In this document: positions 32,401-41,664 of the stretch, piece by piece | Numbering within the stretch: the stretch's first letter is position 1 | Layout of the letters: each line of letters begins with the position of its first letter | Assembly (NCBI GenBank): GCA_965218785.1 | Contig: OZ244650.1 | Coordinates: forward strand, 1-64,000 | Length of the DNA stretch: 64,000 nt | Direction: 5' to 3' | From: Nitrosopumilus sp. | GTDB taxonomy: Archaea; Thermoproteota; Nitrososphaeria; Nitrososphaerales; Nitrosopumilaceae | Translations under genes and position numbers: made by a program | The notes under the pieces: model-generated | Database searches by the model: none | What the model was told of the DNA's origin: nothing | Seen by the model: the letters and a program-made list of their open reading frames with translations, nothing else

Positions 32401-32678
32401 TCAAATCTGGATTTTACTGCTTACGATTGCTGAGATCATCCATTTTTTAATATCAGTTGTAATGCTGACTGTTGGGAATCTTATGCTGATTTCCCGGAGT
32501 CTTTTCTGGTCTTTTGCCGTGATGACTAGTTGCCCCGTTTTTTGATAATGTCTTGCAATGGCAACTATCCCACGGCTTCCACTGTTACTAGGCAATCCTC
32601 CCAGATAATCCCAATATCTTTTATCTGGAAATTCGTAATTACAACTCAAATATACGGATACAGGCATAAAATATTTCA
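32401..32678 (-). CDS. Hypothetical protein
   Basis: ORF only; start uncertain. Confidence 0.3.
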
Positions 32679-32746
32679 TAAAATTCAATGAAAAATTATA
32701 ATTTATGATGTAAAACGTTAAATAGTTAAAGTTCGTATAGTAATTA

Positions 32747-32877
32747 ATGCCGAAGGATATAATTCCTATCGACTGAAACCGCGTAACCCCGCAGAACAAA
32801 AAAGGTAATCAAGCGCCATGGCGCTCTGACCGCGAGAGGAAATCTCTCAACGTTCTGCAGCGAAAGGGGTTAACGCC
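32747..32877 (+). ncRNA. Candidate structured non-coding RNA (family not recognised; strand uncertain)
   Basis: Nested stems 32781-32790/32866-32876 and 32791-32797/32852-32858; hairpins 32812-32825 and 32834-32848; TTAAATA box at ~32718. Confidence 0.55.
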
Positions 32878-32919
32878 ATTTAATTTATCAAACTGTTTTG
32901 GTTATCATGTCATTGTACA

Positions 32920-33324
32920 TCAGATATCCTCGGAAGGATATTCACGAACATCAAAATCTACATCTGGGTAGGCTGACTGTATTCTCTCTTGATAAAAAGT
33001 CACTAGGTCCGGCCTGTCAATGGTGATAGTTATTTTATTTGATTTGCTATCAAACCCAACACATACAAAAATATCATCATCATCAAGGTCTTCTAGTATC
33101 GCACCAGGTGATGGAGTTCCACCACCAAACCAATTGTACAGGTCGTAATAGGCCTGTTTTTGTTCGTGCTGTTGATCCGTAAATATTGGTGAACCAAGAG
33201 AACAAGCAAAGATCATATCAGTTTCATCCATCAGGGTAATAGCAATTGAACCAATTACAAGACTACAAAATATGATTAAAAGAACAGTAACTGGATGAGT
33301 CAGGACTGAAAATAATTGCAACAA
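32920..33324 (-). CDS. Membrane-anchored hypothetical protein
   Basis: N-terminal TM helix and acidic domain. Confidence 0.55.
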   Translation of the reverse strand: MLQLFSVLTHPVTVLLIIFCSLVIGSIAITLMDETDMIFACSLGSPIFTDQQHEQKQAYYDLYNWFGGGTPSPGAILEDLDDDDIFVCVGFDSKSNKITITIDRPDLVTFYQERIQSAYPDVDFDVREYPSEDI

Positions 33325-33470
33325 TCTATTTTTCTAAAACAACTATTAATATCCTGATTCTATTGCAACCGGCAGTTATTCCTAGACCTGCTACAATAAC
33401 TAATCAGTGCCAGAATTAAATCTAAAATTAATTCAAGTAAATAAAAAAAGAATGGGTTTTACTTAGTAAC

Positions 33471-33548
33471 CTAATCGCCCTGATATTCGTCGTTATTGGG
33501 GTTTAATTGGTCGCTGTGATTATCATCGTCTGACTGTTTGTCAACCAT
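33471..33548 (-). CDS. Candidate 25-aa acidic peptide MVDKQSDDDNHSDQLNPNNDEYQGD
   Basis: Hand translation; TTTTATAT box 21-28 nt upstream and T-rich tract downstream on minus strand. Confidence 0.45.
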   Translation of the reverse strand: MVDKQSDDDNHSDQLNPNNDEYQGD

Positions 33549-33794
33549 AATATGCAAGATGTAAATTAATATAAAACAATTACTACTATTTGCTCTGTAA
33601 CATCTTTCTTTTGTTTTCTAACTCATTCTCCCGCACACGCAGTTCTGAAGAAGGATGATTTTTGTCCTGATGGTTTATGCTGTAAATTGAATATGTATGA
33701 TCCCTGTCCATTTTTTATGATAGTAACCCCTGCCTTTAGATCAGTATACAAGTGAATAGTAATTTTATAATAGTATTGGCAATCTAAGAGTATA

Positions 33795-34070
33795 TTGAAA
33801 GCCAGATTTTACTTCCTAGCCCTGTTATCTGGTCTGTTCCTAATTGTTGCCCTCCCCCTTGGCATCGCGTTTCTGTTCTTTGTTGCCCTGTATTATCTGT
33901 CCTCCCACAAGGAAGAAGACATAATTCACTTTGTTGCCTCCAACAAGGAGGAAGAAGATACAGTCCACTTTGTTGTATCCAAAGTCGAAACACCCTCCTC
34001 ATCTGATCCTGATTTTAACGATCTGTTCAATGATGAGGATTTTGTGCGTGAACAAGAAAAATTAAGATGA
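33795..34070 (+). CDS. Small membrane protein with short internal duplication
   Basis: Hydrophobic N-terminus; SHKEEDIIHFVAS / NKEEEDTVHFVVS. Confidence 0.55.
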   Translation: MKARFYFLALLSGLFLIVALPLGIAFLFFVALYYLSSHKEEDIIHFVASNKEEEDTVHFVVSKVETPSSSDPDFNDLFNDEDFVREQEKLR

Positions 34071-34229
34071 TTAAAATTAATTTTACTGTATGACTTTATG
34101 AAACGACAATAGACGCTTGTCACTTTGTGCAGCAACAAAAATCGCTAAAAATAGATTAGAAGATATGAATAACATCATTCTGGATTCTGTTTTATGGTCT
34201 CTGATCTATCAGATGATGCCACCAGCAAA

Positions 34230-34658
34230 TCATTTTTTCAAAATATCGACTGATACGGATCCCATCACATTTTCATTCGGATTGATAGTTATTGAGATCT
34301 CCTGCATCTCTGAAATTACAATGGTTTCTTCCCCGTCATACTCCCATGTATAGTACCCGTACCCCCCTGCAGGATGCCATGTACTCTCAAGTTTGAAATC
34401 CTCGTAAAAATCAAATCCGTCTCCGTCTAGTGTTATTGATAGTATCTCCGGGCTGCTGCCGTTTGGAACAAATCTGAAATAATACTCCCCGCTGTCAATT
34501 GTAAACACGTCAGTGTATGCCCCATCAACATACAGTTCTGGTTCTGCAAGAGTTATGTGAAATACCACGTTATCCTCCTTCTCGGGAGAGGCTGCCAAAA
34601 AAGCCATGAAAACTGCAATTATAAGAACCGGTATAACCAGCACAATTTTTTTGTTCAT
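34230..34658 (-). CDS. Secreted/membrane-anchored beta-rich hypothetical protein
   Basis: Signal anchor; YYFRFVPNGSSP and YYTWEYDG. Confidence 0.7.
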   Translation of the reverse strand: MNKKIVLVIPVLIIAVFMAFLAASPEKEDNVVFHITLAEPELYVDGAYTDVFTIDSGEYYFRFVPNGSSPEILSITLDGDGFDFYEDFKLESTWHPAGGYGYYTWEYDGEETIVISEMQEISITINPNENVMGSVSVDILKK

Positions 34659-34716
34659 TTTTCTATACCACATCTCATCATAAAAATAATTTTCTATTTT
34701 TTTGGGGGAACACGAA

Positions 34717-35268
34717 TTACCTCTCCCTGATCTTTCTAGCTAGCACCTGCAATCTTTCAAGATGCTCCAATATCCACGAATCGTTAATCAGACTCATTAT
34801 CTGGCTCATCTCAAACGTCTTGGGGGTGGTAACCCCCTCCTCAAAATCATAAAGTTTTATAATCCTATTTTTGACATTTTCTGATTCGATCTTTTTGTTG
34901 TGTGCAAAGTTATGTGCAAAGTCATTTCTGATCTCCCTGATCTCATTGAGCTTTTGCTGGATTTTTTTCCTTGTACTATTGTCGATCTCGTTTTTAAAAT
35001 CTATGTGATGCCTCATTATCCTCGATAACCAGACAATTTTTGTGCCAAATGATGCGGTCCTATCCTCGTCAAATACGGTCTGTGTCCACAGGGAAAAATC
35101 GGTTTTATCACGTAAAAACAGGTCTGATATTATCACGGTAAGTATGGAATCAAGGACTGCCACATAGCTTAGGAAATTTCCACGGATTCTGTTGACTAGA
35201 TTGACGTACTCTTTGTCGGTAAGTTCCCTGGATTCCTCTGGCAGTTCAAAACCAAACGGCTCGCTCAT
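34717..35268 (-). CDS. Putative HEPN-superfamily (MtlR-like) protein
   Basis: Helical; SFGTKI...IREIRNDFAH contains an RxxxxH motif. Confidence 0.6.
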   Translation of the reverse strand: MSEPFGFELPEESRELTDKEYVNLVNRIRGNFLSYVAVLDSILTVIISDLFLRDKTDFSLWTQTVFDEDRTASFGTKIVWLSRIMRHHIDFKNEIDNSTRKKIQQKLNEIREIRNDFAHNFAHNKKIESENVKNRIIKLYDFEEGVTTPKTFEMSQIMSLINDSWILEHLERLQVLARKIRER

Positions 35269-35418
35269 GAGTTCATGTATAAAAAAAAGGATAAATAGAT
35301 TTTTTAATCGATTTCTGCCGTTTAGGAAGGTGCATTAACTACCCGATGATTGTCATGAGGTCACGCACCGATATCCTGCAGATCTGCGTAAAAACAAGAG
35401 GAGATCAAAAAACCAAAC

Positions 35419-35604
35419 ATGTACACCGACAGTTTTATCATGCATATGGACAACCCCAGATTAATGAAGACGTGCAGCCTCTGCGGAGAATCCTTTGATG
35501 AGACAGACCAGTTATGGTCAATCCGAAAAAAGAGACATGAGCAACACCACCACAGGACCACGCTATCACGCAATCAGATTCTAGGTGATATGACCTGGAA
35601 GTAG
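35419..35604 (+). CDS. Small zinc-finger-like protein
   Basis: CSLC...RHEQHH. Confidence 0.55.
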   Translation: MYTDSFIMHMDNPRLMKTCSLCGESFDETDQLWSIRKKRHEQHHHRTTLSRNQILGDMTWK

Positions 35605-35839
35605 ACCAAGTTATGTGAGGAATTTTACTGCATAAATCAGGCATCCATCAAAAATGTCTCATATTCTCAAACCGTCTTTATCATGTCAGGCTGGGCATAA
35701 AGAGGCACTAATCTATGAGATATGCCAAATACGACATACCTCCCCCGGCCCTCTAGGCGAGGTTTAGCTAGCTAAATTTTATGTACTGTGAACCAATCTT
35801 TACACTCGAAATTAAGTATGTATTCTAAAATTAATCTCA

Positions 35840-36496
35840 ATGTCTAATCTGCACAGCAAGTGGTCAAAACAGCCAGAAGCAGGTATTGGTGAAAAAATTA
35901 ACAATACCCTAAAGCCCAAAGGCCCTCTAAAACCAAGGGTGCAGGAGGGAATCAAGAAATTACAATTACAAATTACTAAACTAGACTCTATGTTGACTAA
36001 TCTACAGGAACGTGACGCAAAGCTATTCCAGCGAATCGTGGATGCCACACAAAAACATGACATTCAAACCAGCAAGGTTCTCGGCAATGAACTAGCCGAG
36101 GTAAGAAAGGTAACCAAAATTCTCAGCAGCGCCAGAATAGCATTAGAGCAGATTGAACTACGATTAACCACCTGCAGTGATCTTGGTGATACCGTAGTCG
36201 CAATTATGCCAACCATGGGACTGATGAAGAACCTAAAATCCTCACTTGGAAAAATAATGCCCGGTGCAGAACAGGAGATCGGCCAGATGGCAGAGATGCT
36301 TGGAGGATTTATGACTGAAAGTTTCTCCGGGGATTCCGCATTTGGTGTCGCTGAAAGCACCAATCCTGAATCAGAGGCAATTCTCAAAGAGGCAGCCGCT
36401 GTTGCAGAGACTTCCGCAGGTCAGATGTTTCCCTCTGTTCCAACAGATACGCAGGGAGAATCAACTGGTACCAGCAGCACTGCAAAATTCATGTAA
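35840..36496 (+). CDS. cdvB: ESCRT-III/Snf7-family cell division protein (CdvB paralogue)
   Basis: NELAEVRKV...ARIALEQIELRLTT...LGDTVV; SEAILKEAAAVAE. Confidence 0.88.
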   Translation: MSNLHSKWSKQPEAGIGEKINNTLKPKGPLKPRVQEGIKKLQLQITKLDSMLTNLQERDAKLFQRIVDATQKHDIQTSKVLGNELAEVRKVTKILSSARIALEQIELRLTTCSDLGDTVVAIMPTMGLMKNLKSSLGKIMPGAEQEIGQMAEMLGGFMTESFSGDSAFGVAESTNPESEAILKEAAAVAETSAGQMFPSVPTDTQGESTGTSSTAKFM

Positions 36497-36500
36497 TTAG

Positions 36501-36971
36501 CTATATAGATTCTCTGGACTCTCTGATTCTCTTTACCCTGTTGCCCTCATCATCAATAATCCTGTCGACTCCGGAGAGTTTTTCTCTCAGGTTGTTGATG
36601 ATCGTCCCCACCTCGTCTGCCTCGGTTTCCACACGCTTTCTCTTTTCTGCAAGCTCTGTTATTCCCCGATTCTCCTCATCTATGTATTCGCCAACCTTTT
36701 GTAATTTTTCCTTGAGATTCTTAATATCTACTGATTCATCTTCAATGTCCTTTTCAAGCATGGTTCTCTTGTCTTTGAGATTTTTAATCATCGCACCGAC
36801 GTAATCAATTGCCTCTTCTAACTTTGCACGTTTTCCCATCAGTTCCCCGATTCCAATCTGGCTTGCCGTTTCAACTGTTGGGGGGTGCTGCTGTTCTGCA
36901 GTCTCTGGTCTGGGTTCCTGCGTCATCGTCTCGCCTCCCTCATCTTCATCATTTTTGAATTTATCAAACAT
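36501..36971 (-). CDS. Coiled-coil hypothetical protein
   Basis: Continuous heptad pattern after an acidic N-terminus. Confidence 0.7.
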   Translation of the reverse strand: MFDKFKNDEDEGGETMTQEPRPETAEQQHPPTVETASQIGIGELMGKRAKLEEAIDYVGAMIKNLKDKRTMLEKDIEDESVDIKNLKEKLQKVGEYIDEENRGITELAEKRKRVETEADEVGTIINNLREKLSGVDRIIDDEGNRVKRIRESRESI

Positions 36972-37122
36972 CTTCTTTTATCTTTCCAAAATGGGAATAA
37001 AAAGTTATTATGAATCTCAAAACTGACCCGTGAATGACTTTTTAGCCAATCAGGTAAGAATATCCGTATTCCATGGATATTTCAGTAGCAGGCATCAAAC
37101 GAATTCCAACATCTGCGCCTGA

Positions 37123-37169
37123 GATTCTGGTACATTTTGGTGATCAGATCACTAGAATCCATCAGAACC
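37123..37169 (+). repeat. Dispersed ~47-bp repeat, copy C
   Basis: GATTCTGGTACATTTTGGTGATCAGATCACTAGAATCCATCAGAACC. Confidence 0.9.
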
Positions 37170-37463
37170 CTTGATTCTGCACATCAAACCTCAAATCTTG
37201 TAAAAATCAGAAAATTTTGTATAAATTTTCATTTTGTATCAGGTGGAAAATCTAGTACACATCAAGTAAAGCATCTGGCAGTGGAGGAGACAATAATTCT
37301 CCAAAAAGGTAATTATCTCTGATGCCAAGAGGTTTAATTTTTTCAATACACCCAAGTTCAAATAATTCCAGATAATCACTAGGGTTATTTAGAAAGAAAA
37401 CTCAAAGAGAAATAGACATGGAGCAACACAACAAAGATATTGAAAAATTTGTAAATCCCGAAC

Positions 37464-38159
37464 ATGGAATTAAACCTCAAAAAATCAAATTTAACAAAAG
37501 TTCTTTTAATCATTATTCCAATTATCGTGATTACATTAATTGGAATCGAACTGTCTCCTCAAGATACCAAAGAATATGAGGGAATTGTTGAGAAGGAACA
37601 AGGTTCTATATCTGAAAAAACTGATTCGAGTGAAATAATACCTTCAAATGTTAATCTAAAATCTGAATTTGATATCAAAAAAGAGAAAATTCTCAGTAAT
37701 CTGACTCGATTAGGTTCCTCTTCGTTTTCTATTTCATTTGATGCAGACAAATCATCAAATGGAAATCAATTCCATGTCTATAAACTCATTCATGACAAAG
37801 ATGGATGGATTGGTGATGTGTCATTTTATTATGGAAAATCTGATTCTTCATGGCATAAATCTAAATTTGATAATATTTTTAAGGTAAAAATATTTCTCTC
37901 TAATGAAAATGGAGTTGCCCCAACTAGTGCATCAAAACCCATCATCAAAGATATTTTAAAAGAATTTGATAAGGAAACGAGATCTTTGGGAATATCTGAG
38001 CCTTCAGAATGGATTGAATCAACTATAATTTCAGGTAAAGATGTTGGAGATGGAGAAAGAAAAGAGACTCTATCTAATGATGATTTAGAAATTAGTTTTG
38101 CTAGTAATAAGATAAATCTTGGATTTTACGAACTGCTTGTTATTGAAAAAATTAATTAG
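37464..38159 (+). CDS. AT-rich membrane-anchored hypothetical protein
   Basis: N-terminal TM helix; lies between inverted repeat copies C and D. Confidence 0.65.
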   Translation: MELNLKKSNLTKVLLIIIPIIVITLIGIELSPQDTKEYEGIVEKEQGSISEKTDSSEIIPSNVNLKSEFDIKKEKILSNLTRLGSSSFSISFDADKSSNGNQFHVYKLIHDKDGWIGDVSFYYGKSDSSWHKSKFDNIFKVKIFLSNENGVAPTSASKPIIKDILKEFDKETRSLGISEPSEWIESTIISGKDVGDGERKETLSNDDLEISFASNKINLGFYELLVIEKIN

Positions 38160-38309
38160 ATTCGAAACTATATTCCTAAAAAATTCCTACAACATTATCA
38201 TAACCATCTAATATTTCATCCTGTAAATCACATTAGATTTTCTTTCACTTTTGTAATCGTAATTAGAGTTTGTGTATTTACAGAAGTTCCGATTGTGTGC
38301 CTTGGATCA

Positions 38310-38356
38310 GGTTCTGGTGGATTCTAGTGATCTGATCACCAAAATGTACTAGAACC
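38310..38356 (-). repeat. Dispersed ~47-bp repeat, copy D (inverted relative to C)
   Basis: Reverse complement GGTTCTAGTACATTTTGGTGATCAGATCACTAGAATCCACCAGAACC, 44/47 identical to C. Confidence 0.9.
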
Positions 38357-38515
38357 GCGCCTGACACCAGACAGGGGCAGAACCTCTAACTGTTCTGCCC
38401 GCGCCAGTTTTACCATAATTCGGGTATTTTTTTGCCTGAAACACCCGTTCCGCTTTGTGTTCCGCTGTAAAGTTTCAAAATGTTCCTCATAAACCAACTA
38501 GTTCTATACTAGGGC

Positions 38516-38803
38516 ATGTCAAAACAACAATACAGGTCCGAAATGGGCATAATGGGTGATATCTTGGATGTTACCTCCGATGGTGGTCGTGATGGAATCA
38601 TTGTATCTGCAATATCCCGCAAAGCCAACCTATCTCACTATGCAGTACTAGACAAATGTGAGAAACTGGTGGATGCAGGCTTGGTCGAATCAGTCAGAAA
38701 CGACAGAAACAGGGTCTTTCTCATAACCGAAAAAGGACTCCAGTTTTTTCAGGAATTCAAGAGATTCCAGGGACTGGTGGAGAGCATGAATCTAAGGTAC
38801 TGA
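38516..38803 (+). CDS. Winged-helix transcriptional regulator
   Basis: YRSEMGIMGDIL...ISRKANLSH...FLITEKG. Confidence 0.85.
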   Translation: MSKQQYRSEMGIMGDILDVTSDGGRDGIIVSAISRKANLSHYAVLDKCEKLVDAGLVESVRNDRNRVFLITEKGLQFFQEFKRFQGLVESMNLRY

Positions 38804-38804
38804 T

Positions 38805-39884
38805 ATGAATCTGCCACCCTCCCAAATCGTACCAATCCACAGAAAAGAGTCTCTTCTAGAGAATGGAATGCTTTTTGTAAGGACTGATAGTATCTTCGAA
38901 ACAATGGTTAATGTACCCCTGATAGCCGCTGCCGGTTTGATTGCCATTGTATTGGCGATGCCAGTACAGTCCTCGTTTAGCTCTACTAGAGTCCTTGATC
39001 TGACCCTTTATTCAGACGGGTCAGCGCACATCACCACCCAGCTGGACGTAGATCCGCTGGAGCCTGATTTTCAAGCCAGACTGCTTGGTCCGTCAGTTGA
39101 CAACTTTGTCGCAGTCGGCGAAAACGGCTTTTTGTTATCCAGTGAAATAACCGGTGATGATGTTACCATACACACATTTGGCTCCCCATCTATTACAATT
39201 GATTATGATGTCCATGATTTGATCTCAAAGGAGGGAAGAATCTGGACCTTTTCGCTTGATTCGGAGAATGATTACTCGTTGTTAATGCCGCTAAACTCCA
39301 TCATAGTTGGCATGAGCGCATTCCCATCTAGCATGGAACTAGTCAATGATCAGACTAGACTGGATCTTGGTGCGGGTTTATCTGAGATTAACTACATCTT
39401 TGCCAACACAAATCCTCCAGTTGTCCCTACCCAGCCGGATACGACCATACCTGTTGTAGATCTGGTACAACCACCGTCATTCACTGATGTTTTTATTTCC
39501 AGCCTGGGGGGCATCTTGGTTGTAACAGTGGTTGGTATCGCAGTCTTTGGAGTGATAGTTATAATTAAAAGAAGACAGGCAAGACCACCTGCCATCCCAC
39601 ACACTGAAACCGGCTCCATATCACTTGCCGGCTATCCTGACACCGAAACCATTTTTAATCTAAGACCCCAAATGCGTGAGGATGACAAAGAGATTATCAA
39701 ATTTATTTTTGGAAACGGCGGGAAGGCCTTGGAGAGTGAATTGAGGAAAAAGTTCCTCCAGCCCAGGACCACGATGTGGAGGGCAGTAAAGCGGCTGGAG
39801 AGACAGGGAATAATTGAGATTACAAAAAAAGACCTGCAGAACCTGGTTAAACTGAGAAAAGATTTGGAGGAGGAAGAAGAATAA
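38805..39884 (+). CDS. Membrane-spanning regulator: extracellular domain + TM + cytoplasmic winged HTH (COG2512-like)
   Basis: ESELRKKFLQPRTTMWRAVKRLERQGII follows a TM helix; start may be at ~38904. Confidence 0.8.
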   Translation: MNLPPSQIVPIHRKESLLENGMLFVRTDSIFETMVNVPLIAAAGLIAIVLAMPVQSSFSSTRVLDLTLYSDGSAHITTQLDVDPLEPDFQARLLGPSVDNFVAVGENGFLLSSEITGDDVTIHTFGSPSITIDYDVHDLISKEGRIWTFSLDSENDYSLLMPLNSIIVGMSAFPSSMELVNDQTRLDLGAGLSEINYIFANTNPPVVPTQPDTTIPVVDLVQPPSFTDVFISSLGGILVVTVVGIAVFGVIVIIKRRQARPPAIPHTETGSISLAGYPDTETIFNLRPQMREDDKEIIKFIFGNGGKALESELRKKFLQPRTTMWRAVKRLERQGIIEITKKDLQNLVKLRKDLEEEEE

Positions 39885-40933
39885 TGAATGTTATGATTCT
39901 TGGCGTATTGCTGATTCTTGTTGCAAGCATGACAGTTGCAGGTATGACCGGCAGTGTCTCTGCCCAGGATGATCCTGCAGTCCTCCTAAAGATTGCCAAG
40001 CGTGCACAGGAGCAGATTCAGGAGCAGATATCTGATGACTCTACAGACCGGATAAAACAGATGTTTGAGGAGGGAACAAACAGGGTCAATGCCCTGGAGC
40101 AGGCATCACAGGACGGACAAGTCGAGATAGCAAAGGAAAACTTTCTTTCTGCCATGAACATCTTCAAGGAGATCCTAGAGGATCTTGCAACATCTGACGA
40201 GGCTGCCACTGCTTCGGATCGTGCCATGGCTGACTCTGCTGATTCCTCGAAAAGTAGTAGTAGCAACAACAACAACAACGTCCCAGACCCATCAAATGAT
40301 TTTCAAAGACTGGAAGGTTATGTCTACAACCTCAAGACGATTGCCCAAAAACATGATTCCACAATTGACTTTACCGAATTAAACAAGCTGTTTCTCGGAG
40401 CAAGAGTGTCGATACTTGCCGGTAATTTTGCCCTAGCAACTGAGACGTTACATCAGATCAAGGTAATCACAGAAGGGATAAACCAGGATCTTCAAAAAGA
40501 GGCTGCAATACAGGAATCCCAGCGTGCAATACAGTATGCCCAGAAATATCTAGAACAGCTTGATCGATTAATAGAGCACGCCAAAAAACAGGGTGTTGCA
40601 GCTGAGATTATAGATAAATTAGAGACTGCCCAAGAGACACTCTCCTCGACTGACAATCCACGCGAGATTGTAAAGGAGATCAAAAAAATCATGTCACTAA
40701 AGGATCAGTTTGAGTTAACAAGCAACGACATGCTGGAATCCCGTGTTCTGCGGGCCGAGAAGAGCATCTCAAAACTATCTGAGGGTGGGGCAGACTCTGA
40801 TGATGCGCTGGAAGGTGCCAGAGAGGCACTGCAAGATATCAAGGGTTATCTCGCTGATGGTGATCTGGATTCGGCAGGCCATCTTCTAGATGATCTGGAA
40901 GAACACCTGCAAGAGATTAGAGATTCTCTCTGA
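39884..40933 (+). CDS. Secreted alpha-helical protein
   Basis: Signal peptide; helical-bundle-like repeats; start overlaps previous stop. Confidence 0.75.
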   Translation: MNVMILGVLLILVASMTVAGMTGSVSAQDDPAVLLKIAKRAQEQIQEQISDDSTDRIKQMFEEGTNRVNALEQASQDGQVEIAKENFLSAMNIFKEILEDLATSDEAATASDRAMADSADSSKSSSSNNNNNVPDPSNDFQRLEGYVYNLKTIAQKHDSTIDFTELNKLFLGARVSILAGNFALATETLHQIKVITEGINQDLQKEAAIQESQRAIQYAQKYLEQLDRLIEHAKKQGVAAEIIDKLETAQETLSSTDNPREIVKEIKKIMSLKDQFELTSNDMLESRVLRAEKSISKLSEGGADSDDALEGAREALQDIKGYLADGDLDSAGHLLDDLEEHLQEIRDSL

Positions 40934-40936
40934 GAG

Positions 40937-41167
40937 ATGTTGAGTAGCATGATAACTTCTAAAACCCTTTTTTATTTTTTATTCATACCGATACTGGTAA
41001 TCCTAGTAATTGTTTTTATCGCAAACTTTGAATTATTTTATAATCTAATCGTATATGGTAAAATTGCAGGACCCTGTGTCTGGCCAAGTGATTATGAAAA
41101 TAGGGGGTACGGATCTAGGGAAAATCTGATTTATGATGAAAATTTACAGTGCTACCTTTTGCCTTAA
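40937..41167 (+). CDS. Small membrane-anchored protein
   Basis: TM helix plus short domain with two Cys. Confidence 0.45.
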   Translation: MLSSMITSKTLFYFLFIPILVILVIVFIANFELFYNLIVYGKIAGPCVWPSDYENRGYGSRENLIYDENLQCYLLP

Positions 41168-41428
41168 TTTTAAGCCGGCACACCTCACCTAAAATTTCAA
41201 AAGATGGTATGCAATGCTGACTGGATCTGTTTTAGTAGGTATATTGTAATTTTTTCTGGTTTAGTGCCTCCATAACAGGTTTAGGAATTGAGATAAGCTG
41301 ATAACAACTGCTTGCTATCATCAAATGCTCAAAACACACAGTTGAGACGAAGATTCAGACGATCCCGCCAAATTAGCAATCCCCAAGATCATCATAAACT
41401 TCATATACATTTTCCAAACAGACTGGAC

Positions 41429-41623
41429 ATGGCATCAAAAGTAATCGTAGTAGGCGTTGCAATTCCCATGATTATAGTCGGGGGTTTGATGGCATGGCTG
41501 TGGGCACCCGCAGGAGGCGACCTTCAAAACCAGGTGGAGCTAATTGGCAGCGCAATCGGTCTGCTGGGAGTGGTATTCTTTATCACGGGATTATTCTACA
41601 CAAAAGAGCCCGTAATGCACTAG
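41429..41623 (+). CDS. Small two-TM membrane protein
   Basis: MASKVIVVG...; two hydrophobic helices. Confidence 0.65.
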   Translation: MASKVIVVGVAIPMIIVGGLMAWLWAPAGGDLQNQVELIGSAIGLLGVVFFITGLFYTKEPVMH

Positions 41624-41664
41624 AAACTCTTCGAATAAATAATCAGAATTATTAACATTATTGC

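Noticed and set aside
32748-32850. Glycine riboswitch or hammerhead ribozyme identity for the structured RNA
   Set aside because: GCCGAAGG and AATCTCTCA words are present but not in the glycine-aptamer arrangement; there is no CUGANGA...GAAA hammerhead core and no downstream same-strand gene.
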